Origin: Anthoceros angustus
Taxonomy: Eukaryota > Plantae > Anthocerotophyta
Assembly (NCBI GenBank): GCA_010909165.1
Contig: VJWM01000044.1
Coordinates: 1,674,001 to 1,738,000, forward strand
Direction of reading: 5' to 3'
DNA: 64,000 bases
Shown here: positions 14,901 to 24,003 of the stretch, piece by piece
How positions within the stretch are numbered: position 1 is the stretch's first letter
Layout: each line of letters starts with the position of its first letter
Notes under the pieces: model-generated
The model's database searches: none
Told to the model about the DNA's origin: nothing
Seen by the model: only the letters and a program-made list of their open reading frames with translations
Program-made: the position numbers and the translations under genes

Positions 14901-15776
14901 TGAGGATCAGCGCCACTCCGGCAGCTTCGGCTGTGATGTCTGTCTCAGCTCTGGTATCATGTAAGTGTGATCGTGGAAGTACATGTTTTTCTGCAATACT
15001 GGCTGTGTGTATACTGGCTTTAGATTTTGAAAGAATGCTCTAGATTCTCATTTCTGCGGAGACCTGCAGTGTTGTTTTCTGCCCTCTGACCCTTGCTATG
15101 TGCAGAATGAAATACTCCAACCTTGCAAGCCTCATGGAGCACACACTCAGTTTTTTGAACTCCAATAAGCTTGCTGATCATCAGGGTTATGCCCGGGCAG
15201 TTTCTCACTTCCTGGAGTTGAGTTCATCTCCCTCGGAGGCAACTGAGCCTTGCAGTGCGGAGGTGAAGCAGGAGTTCAACTTGACAGCTGATGGTTCACT
15301 GACTCACCAGGTACTGGGGGGGGCTACTTGATAGATTCATTGTAGGTGCACAGAATGAGTTTCAGCATCCTACTTGCCTCACGTGATAGTGTCCTTCAAT
15401 CTTGCAGGCTATAGAGGATGCAGAAACTGTAGCCTCAAGGGCTTCGGAGGACACCCAAGTTCAGGAGGTAACAGCCTCAGGTTCTCTCTCGCATTAAGCC
15501 CATCATCTTCCTTTGGTTGGGTTGGTCATGCTGTGTTCAGCCCTGCATTGACTACTAATTGACTCAGAGGGGTTCTTGGTTGGGGCAACGGGAGTGGTTA
15601 GCCTTGGTAAATGGTAACCTTTCGTCAGGGTAACATCTAGCTGGCAACTAGGCAAGTGGGTGCCGTTATGCTTACCCATGTTCATCTAGATGAGGATTGT
15701 TCAGGAAAGGACTTTCCAGACCACAAATCCAAGGGTTCCCTACTGTCCGATCTCCAGCCTAATCAGCCCCCACTGA
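11941..15776 (+). CDS. Large intrinsically disordered protein (RG/RS-rich N-half, S/P/V heptad repeats) with a C-terminal XS-associated-type C2H2-like zinc finger
   Basis: 1007-aa ORF containing a likely in-frame intron (11993-12073). A donor after 14960 and acceptor before 15106 join FQLYTKLFKESTDWRKMYEDQRHSGSFGCDVC to KYSNLASLMEHT...DHQGYARAVSHFL, a C-x2-C...H...H pattern like plant At1g78810/At3g22430-type proteins. The last exons and the stop position are uncertain. Confidence 0.7.
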
Positions 15777-16934
15777 CTTCTAGAAGATAGAAGGCTTTAT
15801 CTTGAACTGTCGAGCCAGAAATATCTGGCGGAGGTCCCTAGAAATACCTGGCGGAGTGAATCCCTTGAGCATGTTTCCCTAAGGATGCACTGCTAGACTG
15901 TTCAGAAAACACTGCCTCTTTAGACCTTTGTTGAACTTTTTGGCCTGTGCTCCTTTCATACCTTTGAGCTGTATGCAGCTTTCCTCCCTTCAAACTTGTA
16001 AGGTCTACCACTTCCTTACCTTCCCCCAGCTGATCCAAGGCTCCTTTGGGCCTATCGACGTTGCCATGATCACATGATTTCATTCCCTCAAATGACCGAG
16101 ACGTTGCTTTTTGGCAGTTGATGGAGACATGACGTAAAAGCATTCAGTCACCTGATGTCCCCACTGAAGGACTGGGAGCAGTGTTTACATAACGTATACA
16201 TCTCCGACCCAAAAATCAGGCTGTTGTATGTTGGTCCTGCTACGAGTGCATTGGATCACATCATGGCTCAGCCAGTTGGGCCTTGGAACGACAAATTTCA
16301 TGTCATGCTAATTATCCTGACGCTCTGGACTACCGCACCTTGAACTTGTGAAGAGCCATTCTGTACTCTCATCTCTAACGTGTACAGAAAAAAGCCTATT
16401 CGACAATACGCTCCTCTGCTCCTATTCCGCTACAGGTCGTACAGGATGCACCCTTGCTGCTGCTGATCAACAAAACCCCTGCCGTCAATCCTCCCGAGTA
16501 CCTACCACCACCAGTGACCACCACCTCTCCGTGGATCGTCTGCGAGATCTTCAAATGCGTGCACGTACCGTGGATCGCGGTTCCCGAACGTAAGCTTTAT
16601 CTGAACAGACTTTAGGGAGACGGGAATAACTTTATCTGCCACGTCATGGGAGTACCGTCCGGTTGTGAGAGAGAATCACGGACTGTCGACTTGGCAGTCA
16701 CTGGGCCTTCTTCTCGCACACGCCCACACTAGCCTCCAGCACTTCCAGCCTTGGCGAGTCTTGATCCCTCGCCACTGACCGACAAAGGCTTCTCAACTCC
16801 GCTTCCACATCCATCGAGACCAGCAGCTAGCACTTGCGGTGAGCATCTGCGTCTCTGGTCCTGGTTCTGAGTCTGTTTATCCTTCTGAGGGCGTTGCGTT
16901 CTTGCGCTGGACGATATCGCGTGGAATTAGGACC

Positions 16935-17500
16935 ATGACGGGCTCTGGATCCCCCACAGCGACTCACCGGAAGGCCAAAAAGGGTGACGGTTCTGTTCGT
17001 CTGGACAAGCACTCAGGTGCGGTTGCCTATGCAGCCTTGTAGCATTGCTTGTAGCTATTTTTTGTGGAGGGAGAGCTTAATCCGATGTTCTACTTGTTCA
17101 GGAACAGGGAGGCCGGGCGGGGCGAAGAAAGGTACAGCACTTCAACAGCACCTAAGTATTATGTTTAGGTTGGAAAAGAAATGCGGTGCCCATTTTGATG
17201 ATACGTGATATGTGCAGGCGGTGCAGGAGGGAGCTACACATGGGGTGTTCCTGGCCAAGAGTTTCTGGACGGTGACGTTTCGGCACTCGATCGGAGCGAC
17301 CCGAACTACATGGACGAAGACGAGCTTGCAGCTACTGTAGACAAAGAGTACGTTGCCTTAACCTTCAGCAAGTTGGGTGCAAGTTGGCCACTTACAGGTG
17401 ATCGAAGGAACTTGTGTCCTTACATTGTCTGTGTTTCGGCAGGTCTATTGAAAAGGTTGAAGGTTCTGCTGAGCCTGTTGTTAAAGTAGTCGAAGACTAA
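16935..17500 (+). CDS. 99-aa small protein consisting of the PDCD4-N-terminal/Stm1/Tma10-like motif (4 exons)
   Basis: Exons 16935-17016, 17102-17131, 17218-17347 and 17443-17500 splice in phase with GT-AG sites. The product contains DKHSGTGRPGGAKKGGAGGSYTWGVPGQE...LDRSDPNYMDEDE. Confidence 0.85.
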
Positions 17501-18130
17501 GGCTCCGTTGTAAAAGCTTTTGATTTGAGAGAAGAGGACCCATGGAGTTTTCTCCCTGTAAATATCTTGGCGTCCCCGTAACCCAGCCGCAGGCTATGAC
17601 GAGGATGCTGACTGGATTAGGCCCTTTCTTATGACGATGTTGGATGTCGCAATGCAAGGTAGTTGGCAAACTGGAGGGCAGCTCACTCTGTCAATTGGCA
17701 AGTTTGATTGAACACAGACAAAATCCCCCTTGTCGAAAATCCGACTCGTACAAAAGTGAATACCTGCGACAGAATTCACAAACAGCCTAAGCTGTGGCTT
17801 CAGAATGTTACAGAGGTATGTAATTTAGTGCAGAAATCTGCAGCAGCTATACTAGACAAGTCTACGTGCAAGTTCCCACCTATCCAAAAAACTGTAGCAC
17901 CTCACAAGACGGCTAGAACGTGACCGTCCAAAAATCGATGAGTCATGGGAAAGACTCTCAACCTCGAGCACTAAGGCCTCTGCAGGTATCCGCAGATATC
18001 TAGAAAGCTCGGGAAAAAACCGATTGTCAAATGACGTGCAAACGTAACACACTGAAGGGAACTGACCCTCGCACAAAACAAAGCCAAAATGCCGCAGATT
18101 CACATATCCACATCACATAAGGTGCAGAGG

Positions 18131-21100
18131 TTAGTCAGGAAACCCACGCTCTGCCAAAGCTGCTTCGAAACGCTTGAATGAAAGAGGACGCAACTCCGTG
18201 CTTGTATCATCTTGAGGGGCTGGGTAGTAATCTGACCGGAGCTGAAAGTCACGCAGGTTGGTGCACTGTTTCAGCATGAAGAGAAAGTGTTCATGCACAG
18301 TGCCGTGGACAAACAACTTTCTTAGAGTGACACACTCCGAGATCAGCCCCACTGCTGGCAGCGAAAGACCCCGGTGATTGAGATCTTTGTCAACTGGCGG
18401 ACTGTACTTCAACTCCATCAGCCCCAGCTGCCTCAGGTCTGTCAGGAGAAACCTTTCCCACTGGCTCAGGTCATGACAGCCCTGTGGAGCACTTAGGGCA
18501 TAACCCACTGCATCACTGATATCCAGCTCGAGCTTTGAGAGAGAGGGGTAACGAGCCAGAGACCCCAAACCCCAGGACATTGCCGGTGGCTTCCGCAAAC
18601 CTTTCACCTCGCCTTCTGCCCTGATATTGATCTCCTCTAATACAGGACAAGAGCTGAGACCCATGGCAGAGAGGTACTTAAGCAAGGTCCAGGGTGCCGT
18701 CCACAAAGACAGAGATCTTAAGGAGCTCCAGGAGCTGGGAGGTGGCTTCGGCCTTTGCGGAGTAAAATATTGGGTACACCTCCACCCCAAGGACAACTCA
18801 TCAGAAGCAGTGAGCGGATGTGTCGCATCAGGCTGTAGCCTGCCTCGTCCAATTCCCGCCAGAGTATTGAATGGTGTCTTGCCAACTGGAAACTGAGAAG
18901 TAGCCACACTACCCGACTGTGACTGCATCCAACTTTCTGCATGGTTCATCCCAGAAAGCTGATTATTGAACTGTGAGAACGGACCGCCATCTGATGAACT
19001 GCTGAGATAAGCAGATTGTTGGCCGCCGGTATTGAAGCAGCCACGCCCTTTCGTTCGAGATGCAGAGTAGGCAGGTTCTGAATCACAAATGTCTGGAACT
19101 CCCATGACAACAAAGGAGTCATCATCATCTAAGGATCTCCTTGCTCTTTTGCTGGGAACCTGCAACCCTCCTTCCCCTGGATCAAAACCTATGGTCACAA
19201 AGTCACTGGCGTCCCCCGCATCAAACCCCATCGTCACAAAGCCGGTGTCTTGCTCTCCAGCATCGAAACCCACCGTAACGAAATCACTGTCTACGCAACC
19301 GAGCCCATCTGTTGATTTATAACTCCCACGCCCTGGTGCATGGCTCGGTTCTGGGGCATGGAAGCGTGGCGGTGCAGGATATGGTTCTGGTGCATGATAC
19401 CCAAGAGCCACAAAATCAGTTCCTTCGCCAACAGATTCAAAGAAGCCTGCAGATTGGGACTGTTCCGAGCCCCGATTTCTTGACTTACTCTTCCTGCTCA
19501 TCAAGGCGGGGTGTCGTCCATGACCAGAGCTCTTGGTCATCGCGTCCTGAAACAGATCTTCAGCGCTCATGCTAAGTATATCTGCAACGCTCAGACCACC
19601 AGACAACCCAGACGTGCCTGCAGCTGCAGCTTCTTCCCGCGCTACAATTTCCTCATCCCAGATGCAATCTATGCTGAGAGTGCGAATCACGGGCTGTATT
19701 GGCTCCAGGGCTTGCAGGACCTGAGCACAGTTGAGTTGCCCGCAACTAGTGATCTCCACATCCCGAAGAGTCGGGGCCAGGCGCTTCACACAGTCTAGCA
19801 GCCCATCGTACGATATGCCTCCAACGCTCCTCAGATGCAGTTGCTGAAGACGTGTACAACCCTTGGCAATAGCTGACAAGGACCTGTCCACGAGGTCTGC
19901 ACAATCCTTAATAGATAGCTTGACCAGCTGCTTGCAAAGGGCAAGTCCATCTGGTTCCGGGCCCTTGCACACTCCGTGAAAGTGGCTCAGCCTAAGAACT
20001 CTCAGGTTCTTGCAGTGGCTCTGTAGGGTCTCCAGCGCAGGCCCTGCATCCCTGACATTCTGAGCCAGGAGGAAGACCAGCTCTTCGAGGTGAGGAAGAG
20101 ACTTAAACATTTCCTGCAGTCCAGTGCGAGTGATGTTGGCATCCTCCGATGCAATACCATCTGTAACTCGACCTCGAGACGGATCCCACGCATTAGTGTC
20201 CACCAGATGGAGCACCCGGAGCTTGGTGCACGTTGTGCCAATGCACACCAGGGCCTCGTCCCCAACGGGATCCACAAACCGTGGGTCAAAATCGCAAAGC
20301 ACAAAAAACTCCTCCAAATTCTTACAACACTGGGTGATAGTCCGGAGCTCCTGCGACCGAAAACCCTCCGGCGAGATCTTCAACAGGTTCAAGCTCCGAA
20401 GGTTGCTAGCACAAGACCCTTCCACAGCCAAGGCAGGGGCCACGTCCTCCGTCCAGCAGTAAAACTTGGAAAGATCCAGGCTGTTGAGTTTCGGGCAGTT
20501 GCTAAGCAAGCCCACGAGCTCGCTCCCAGCTTCCAGAGCCGACGCAGGGTCCGTCGGCCTCTGGTGCCATCTAACGAGCCGCACAGACTCCACACAAGGC
20601 CACAAGCAGGCCACCAACTGCACATCATGCACACTCTTGGCATAGATAGTCACTTCCTTCACTAGAGGAAACGCCTGTAAGATGAGCCAGGCAAACCGGT
20701 CCCCCTGCCTGGTAGCCAAGTAGATAGAGTAACCCCACGGAGAGACCCGCGACAAATCAAGGCAAGTCACTTGATTGAAGCACATGGGGAGGGAAGCGAG
20801 GTCAACTATGTTACCCCGCAGAGTCAGACTCGTCCTGGTCAGCCGGTCCAGCAGGTACCAGTCACGGCACACAAGAGACATACAATTCCTGGCGCGCACA
20901 TCAGTGACGCAGATGAAAATGCTGATGAGAATCGGCTCAGGGATATCAGAGATGTGCGTACCATGCAGCCCGCACTTGCAGCCAGGCGGATGCCTTGCAA
21001 GCCTCTGCAGCTCTGGCCCCCAAAACGGAGCCTGCGGCACAGGCAAAGGATCCGTATAGAAAGCTCCCACACTTGGCTCCGGGTAGTGCCCCCAGCCCGG

Positions 21101-21265
21101 CGCCGCAGGCATGGACTGGACAACCTCGCCCCCGAAATCCATGCTCCCAGACATCAACCCTTGGTTACACAGAGAGCCCCCGCCATCTCTCCCGCATGCC
21201 CATGCCGGTGACTGTGCCTGGGCCTGTGCCCGCCCCGGGCCCTGCCGCGCCCCATGCTTGAACAT
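18131..21265 (-). CDS. MAX2: F-box/LRR protein MAX2/D3 (karrikin/strigolactone signalling), single exon, 1044 aa
   Basis: It has an F-box (THISDIPEPIL...RARNCMSLVCRDWY...RTSLTLRGN), LRR motifs LDLSKFYCWTED and DFDPRFVDPVGDEAL, and DKDLNHRGLSLPAVGLISECVTLRKLFVHGTVHEHF. The C-terminal helix PAPQDDTSTELR...RFEAALAERGFPD ends in Asp. Confidence 0.95.
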   Translation of the reverse strand: MFKHGARQGPGRAQAQAQSPAWACGRDGGGSLCNQGLMSGSMDFGGEVVQSMPAAPGWGHYPEPSVGAFYTDPLPVPQAPFWGPELQRLARHPPGCKCGLHGTHISDIPEPILISIFICVTDVRARNCMSLVCRDWYLLDRLTRTSLTLRGNIVDLASLPMCFNQVTCLDLSRVSPWGYSIYLATRQGDRFAWLILQAFPLVKEVTIYAKSVHDVQLVACLWPCVESVRLVRWHQRPTDPASALEAGSELVGLLSNCPKLNSLDLSKFYCWTEDVAPALAVEGSCASNLRSLNLLKISPEGFRSQELRTITQCCKNLEEFFVLCDFDPRFVDPVGDEALVCIGTTCTKLRVLHLVDTNAWDPSRGRVTDGIASEDANITRTGLQEMFKSLPHLEELVFLLAQNVRDAGPALETLQSHCKNLRVLRLSHFHGVCKGPEPDGLALCKQLVKLSIKDCADLVDRSLSAIAKGCTRLQQLHLRSVGGISYDGLLDCVKRLAPTLRDVEITSCGQLNCAQVLQALEPIQPVIRTLSIDCIWDEEIVAREEAAAAGTSGLSGGLSVADILSMSAEDLFQDAMTKSSGHGRHPALMSRKSKSRNRGSEQSQSAGFFESVGEGTDFVALGYHAPEPYPAPPRFHAPEPSHAPGRGSYKSTDGLGCVDSDFVTVGFDAGEQDTGFVTMGFDAGDASDFVTIGFDPGEGGLQVPSKRARRSLDDDDSFVVMGVPDICDSEPAYSASRTKGRGCFNTGGQQSAYLSSSSDGGPFSQFNNQLSGMNHAESWMQSQSGSVATSQFPVGKTPFNTLAGIGRGRLQPDATHPLTASDELSLGWRCTQYFTPQRPKPPPSSWSSLRSLSLWTAPWTLLKYLSAMGLSSCPVLEEINIRAEGEVKGLRKPPAMSWGLGSLARYPSLSKLELDISDAVGYALSAPQGCHDLSQWERFLLTDLRQLGLMELKYSPPVDKDLNHRGLSLPAVGLISECVTLRKLFVHGTVHEHFLFMLKQCTNLRDFQLRSDYYPAPQDDTSTELRPLSFKRFEAALAERGFPD

Positions 21266-21530
21266 CCCGGCTCGCTTCCGCTACCACTCCATTCCCCAGA
21301 CCACGGCCGGTGCCCCCGGCTCTACCCCAGAGGATACTCGTCCACGAAGTACATCCTGCTGTCGGCCCTGTCGGCGGAGGCCTCCACTGGCGGGAATACC
21401 ATAACAACAACTCCACTCCGCTAGCACCTGAGCGGCTCGAGGCCGCGGAGTTCCATGCGCATCGTCCCGCCTCAGATTGGCTGCCTTCTGGCAGGGCAAG
21501 GGCAAAGGCGAAGGCGAGGACACCACAAAC

Positions 21531-21588
21531 AGAAGAGAAGAGAAGAGAAGAGAAGAGAAGAGAAGAGACGAGAAGAGAAGCGAAGCGC
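21531..21588 (+). repeat. (AAGAG)n microsatellite in the MAX2 5' leader
   Basis: About 10 AAGAG units, which read as CT-rich on the MAX2 sense strand. Confidence 0.9.
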
Positions 21589-22055
21589 AGCGAACAGAAG
21601 AAAGAACAAGCGGGGCCCTACAGCCAGCGGCAAGACAGGCACTCGGAGATGCAGCAGATGCTCCACAAGAGGCAGCAGCGGCCAGGGCGCTAAACGCACA
21701 AGAACCAAGCCGAGCCGAGCCGAGCCGAGCGAGAGGGTGGAGGAGGAAGAACACAGTCTCTCGTCACATCGTCTACAGGCGCACGAATGTGACGCACCAG
21801 CAGTTTTCGACCGAGGTTTATTTAAACAGCGCGTAGGTAAACAGAAGCAAAGGGCGGTCGCACGGGCGATATTTTTGTCGAAGGATAGAGCGGGGTCCCG
21901 GGCTGGGCCTAACTGCTGCGGCAGGCTGCCAGCACGTCTGCGTACGGTGATAATCCGCGCCATCACTTGATGCGCTTAATTTGGTGGGTTAACGGACAGG
22001 ATGCGAGACATGGCCGATATTACCAATCCGGGCTCTTACAAGTTGCGTTGCAGGA

Positions 22056-22133
22056 TTGGTGGTCTGCTGGCTAGGGCGTCGGGCTCGGAGTCGGCTGGGT
22101 CGGCCGTCCCAGGGTCGAACCTCCGCCACACCC
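22056..22133 (+). other. tRNA-derived (SINE-like) head, degenerate
   Basis: A-box-like GGTGGTCTGCTGGCTAGG and B-box-like GGGTCGAACC at tRNA-like spacing. No clean cloverleaf could be built. Confidence 0.3.
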
Positions 22134-22880
22134 CTCTCTTCCCGATGAATGCCGCTCTTTACTGCGGCTTGTTAGATATTATGTACAGTCATTGATGTAC
22201 CAGGAGTTAGCGAAGGTATACAGTACAGCAGAGCAAAATGATGAGCATCTGCGCTGCCTGTGATGAAGTTAAGCTTCAATTAAATTAAGCCTCTGGTGAG
22301 GCCGGGTTTAGCGCAACCATCCTCGTCCATATGTACGACGAGCGGTGGTGGGGCCTGAAGGAAATACGCCACTTGACGGGACGCGTGCTTGCACTCGCAT
22401 TCAGGTGTTGGTGCAGCTCCAGTTTGGCGGTGCAGACTACAGACCGACCATGTGAGAGCGGGTGCGGAGACCGTCCGATGCACACATCGCGCGGCTCCCA
22501 AGTGGCCACGACGCGTGCGGACAAGACGCTCCGTTCCAGGCGGGAGACGGGGCCCGCCTTCGGCGCTCGTATGATAGCAAATGATAAACAAGCAACCACA
22601 CATCCATCAATTCCGGTCGACTCCAGTCAGTTACTCTAACTAGACGAGCAGGCGATTGGAGAAGAGGCAACCAATCCCCGACGCACCCGCTCGTCACGCG
22701 TGCGCGGCAGCCTTGTCACGTCCGCGCCGGAGATTGGGAATCCAGATTCCCAATGGGCGCCAACCGGGTTTGCTTGGTCTTGGCTGCATGTACACTGTAC
22801 ACTGTGCAGTGAAAGCTGTCACACAAGCCTGGGCCCTACGAGGGCTCATCAATCCTACCATTCCAGTCATCTAATCTAAT

Positions 22881-23098
22881 CAGAACCCTTGCTGAAGATT
22901 TCTCCCCCGAAATTATTTTGATTTATTTTCAAAATATTAAATTAAAAAAATTAATCTAATATACTACGATGTCTTACACATCGGGGATTCAGAACCCTTG
23001 CTCAAGATTTCTCCCCTGGGTCTGTTTTGATTTATTTTTAAAATATCAAATTAAAAAAATCTAATCTAATCTGGTTATTTTGATTTATTTTCAAATAT
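22881..23098 (+). repeat. Imperfect direct repeat, period ~109 bp, AT-rich
   Basis: CAGAACCCTTGCT(G/C)AAGATTTCTCCCC...TTTTGATTTATTTT occurs at 22881 and 22990, with a partial third copy. Confidence 0.8.
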
Positions 23099-23404
23099 TA
23101 CCTTATCTGCCATAGAATACCCATGCATTTGTCGCACCGGCCAAACACAAGCCACAAGCTTCGGGGGTTTCTCCCTTTGGGTAACCAGAGCACTGCCTAT
23201 TGAATCAAATATACCGAGTAAGATATGACCTTAACCACATACCAAATATTTTATTTTCTTCAATCAATTATTTTATTACTTATATTTTATAAGATTTTTT
23301 GAATGAAAAGGATCGGTTCACCTCATCAAATAGCAGGCGTTAATAGTCACCCACAAATAGCCGCCGAAACATAGGGACCCAATTATGATCGTGCCTTAAC
23401 CATG

Positions 23405-23635
23405 GGGATCATGCACAGAGGGATCTAGTTATCATCGTAACTTACCCCTGATCATGCACACCCCTGATCATGCACAAGGCCAAGCATGACAAGCTTGTTT
23501 TATGATCATGCAAGCAGCTAAGTTTGCCCCCTATTCCGCATGATAGGTTCTTTTGTAATCATGCATGGGACCAAGTTTGTCCCCTATTCCGCATGATAGG
23601 TTCTTTTGTAATCATGCATGGGACCAAGCTTGTCA
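23405..23635 (+). repeat. CATGCA-rich repeats including a 53-bp tandem duplication
   Basis: The 53-bp unit starts at 23528 and 23581. CATGCA occurs at 23410, 23453, 23469, 23507, 23560 and 23613. Confidence 0.85.
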
Positions 23636-24003
23636 GGTGCAGTTGTTACCCTTTTGTACAATTGAGTCTTTTGAAAGAGAAATAAATGTAATATCAGTCC
23701 TCGACTATCATCAAGGGTCTATATCAATTTCATAATAATGCAAAGAGCTATGTGGACATATCTCATAGTTTGCTGAGACCATAATAAAAAAAAAACTTGC
23801 ATTTAATAATTGAGGCACAATCAACTTCTACAACACAATCAGAAACTTGCATTTTGATAAAGCACAATCCATTTTACAATAAGAAAAAGAACTCTACTAA
23901 AGGGCACACTCAGCAATCCTAGCAGCAATGGAATAGCCATTTTCTTGCTTCTATAAATTTCTTGTAAAATATCATCAAAGTGTGAAGTAGTTATCTTATG
24001 TCA

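Noticed and set aside
22056-22133. Functional tRNA gene
   Set aside because: A/B-box-like motifs are present, but I could not build an acceptor stem or anticodon arm. Kept only as a low-confidence SINE-like head.
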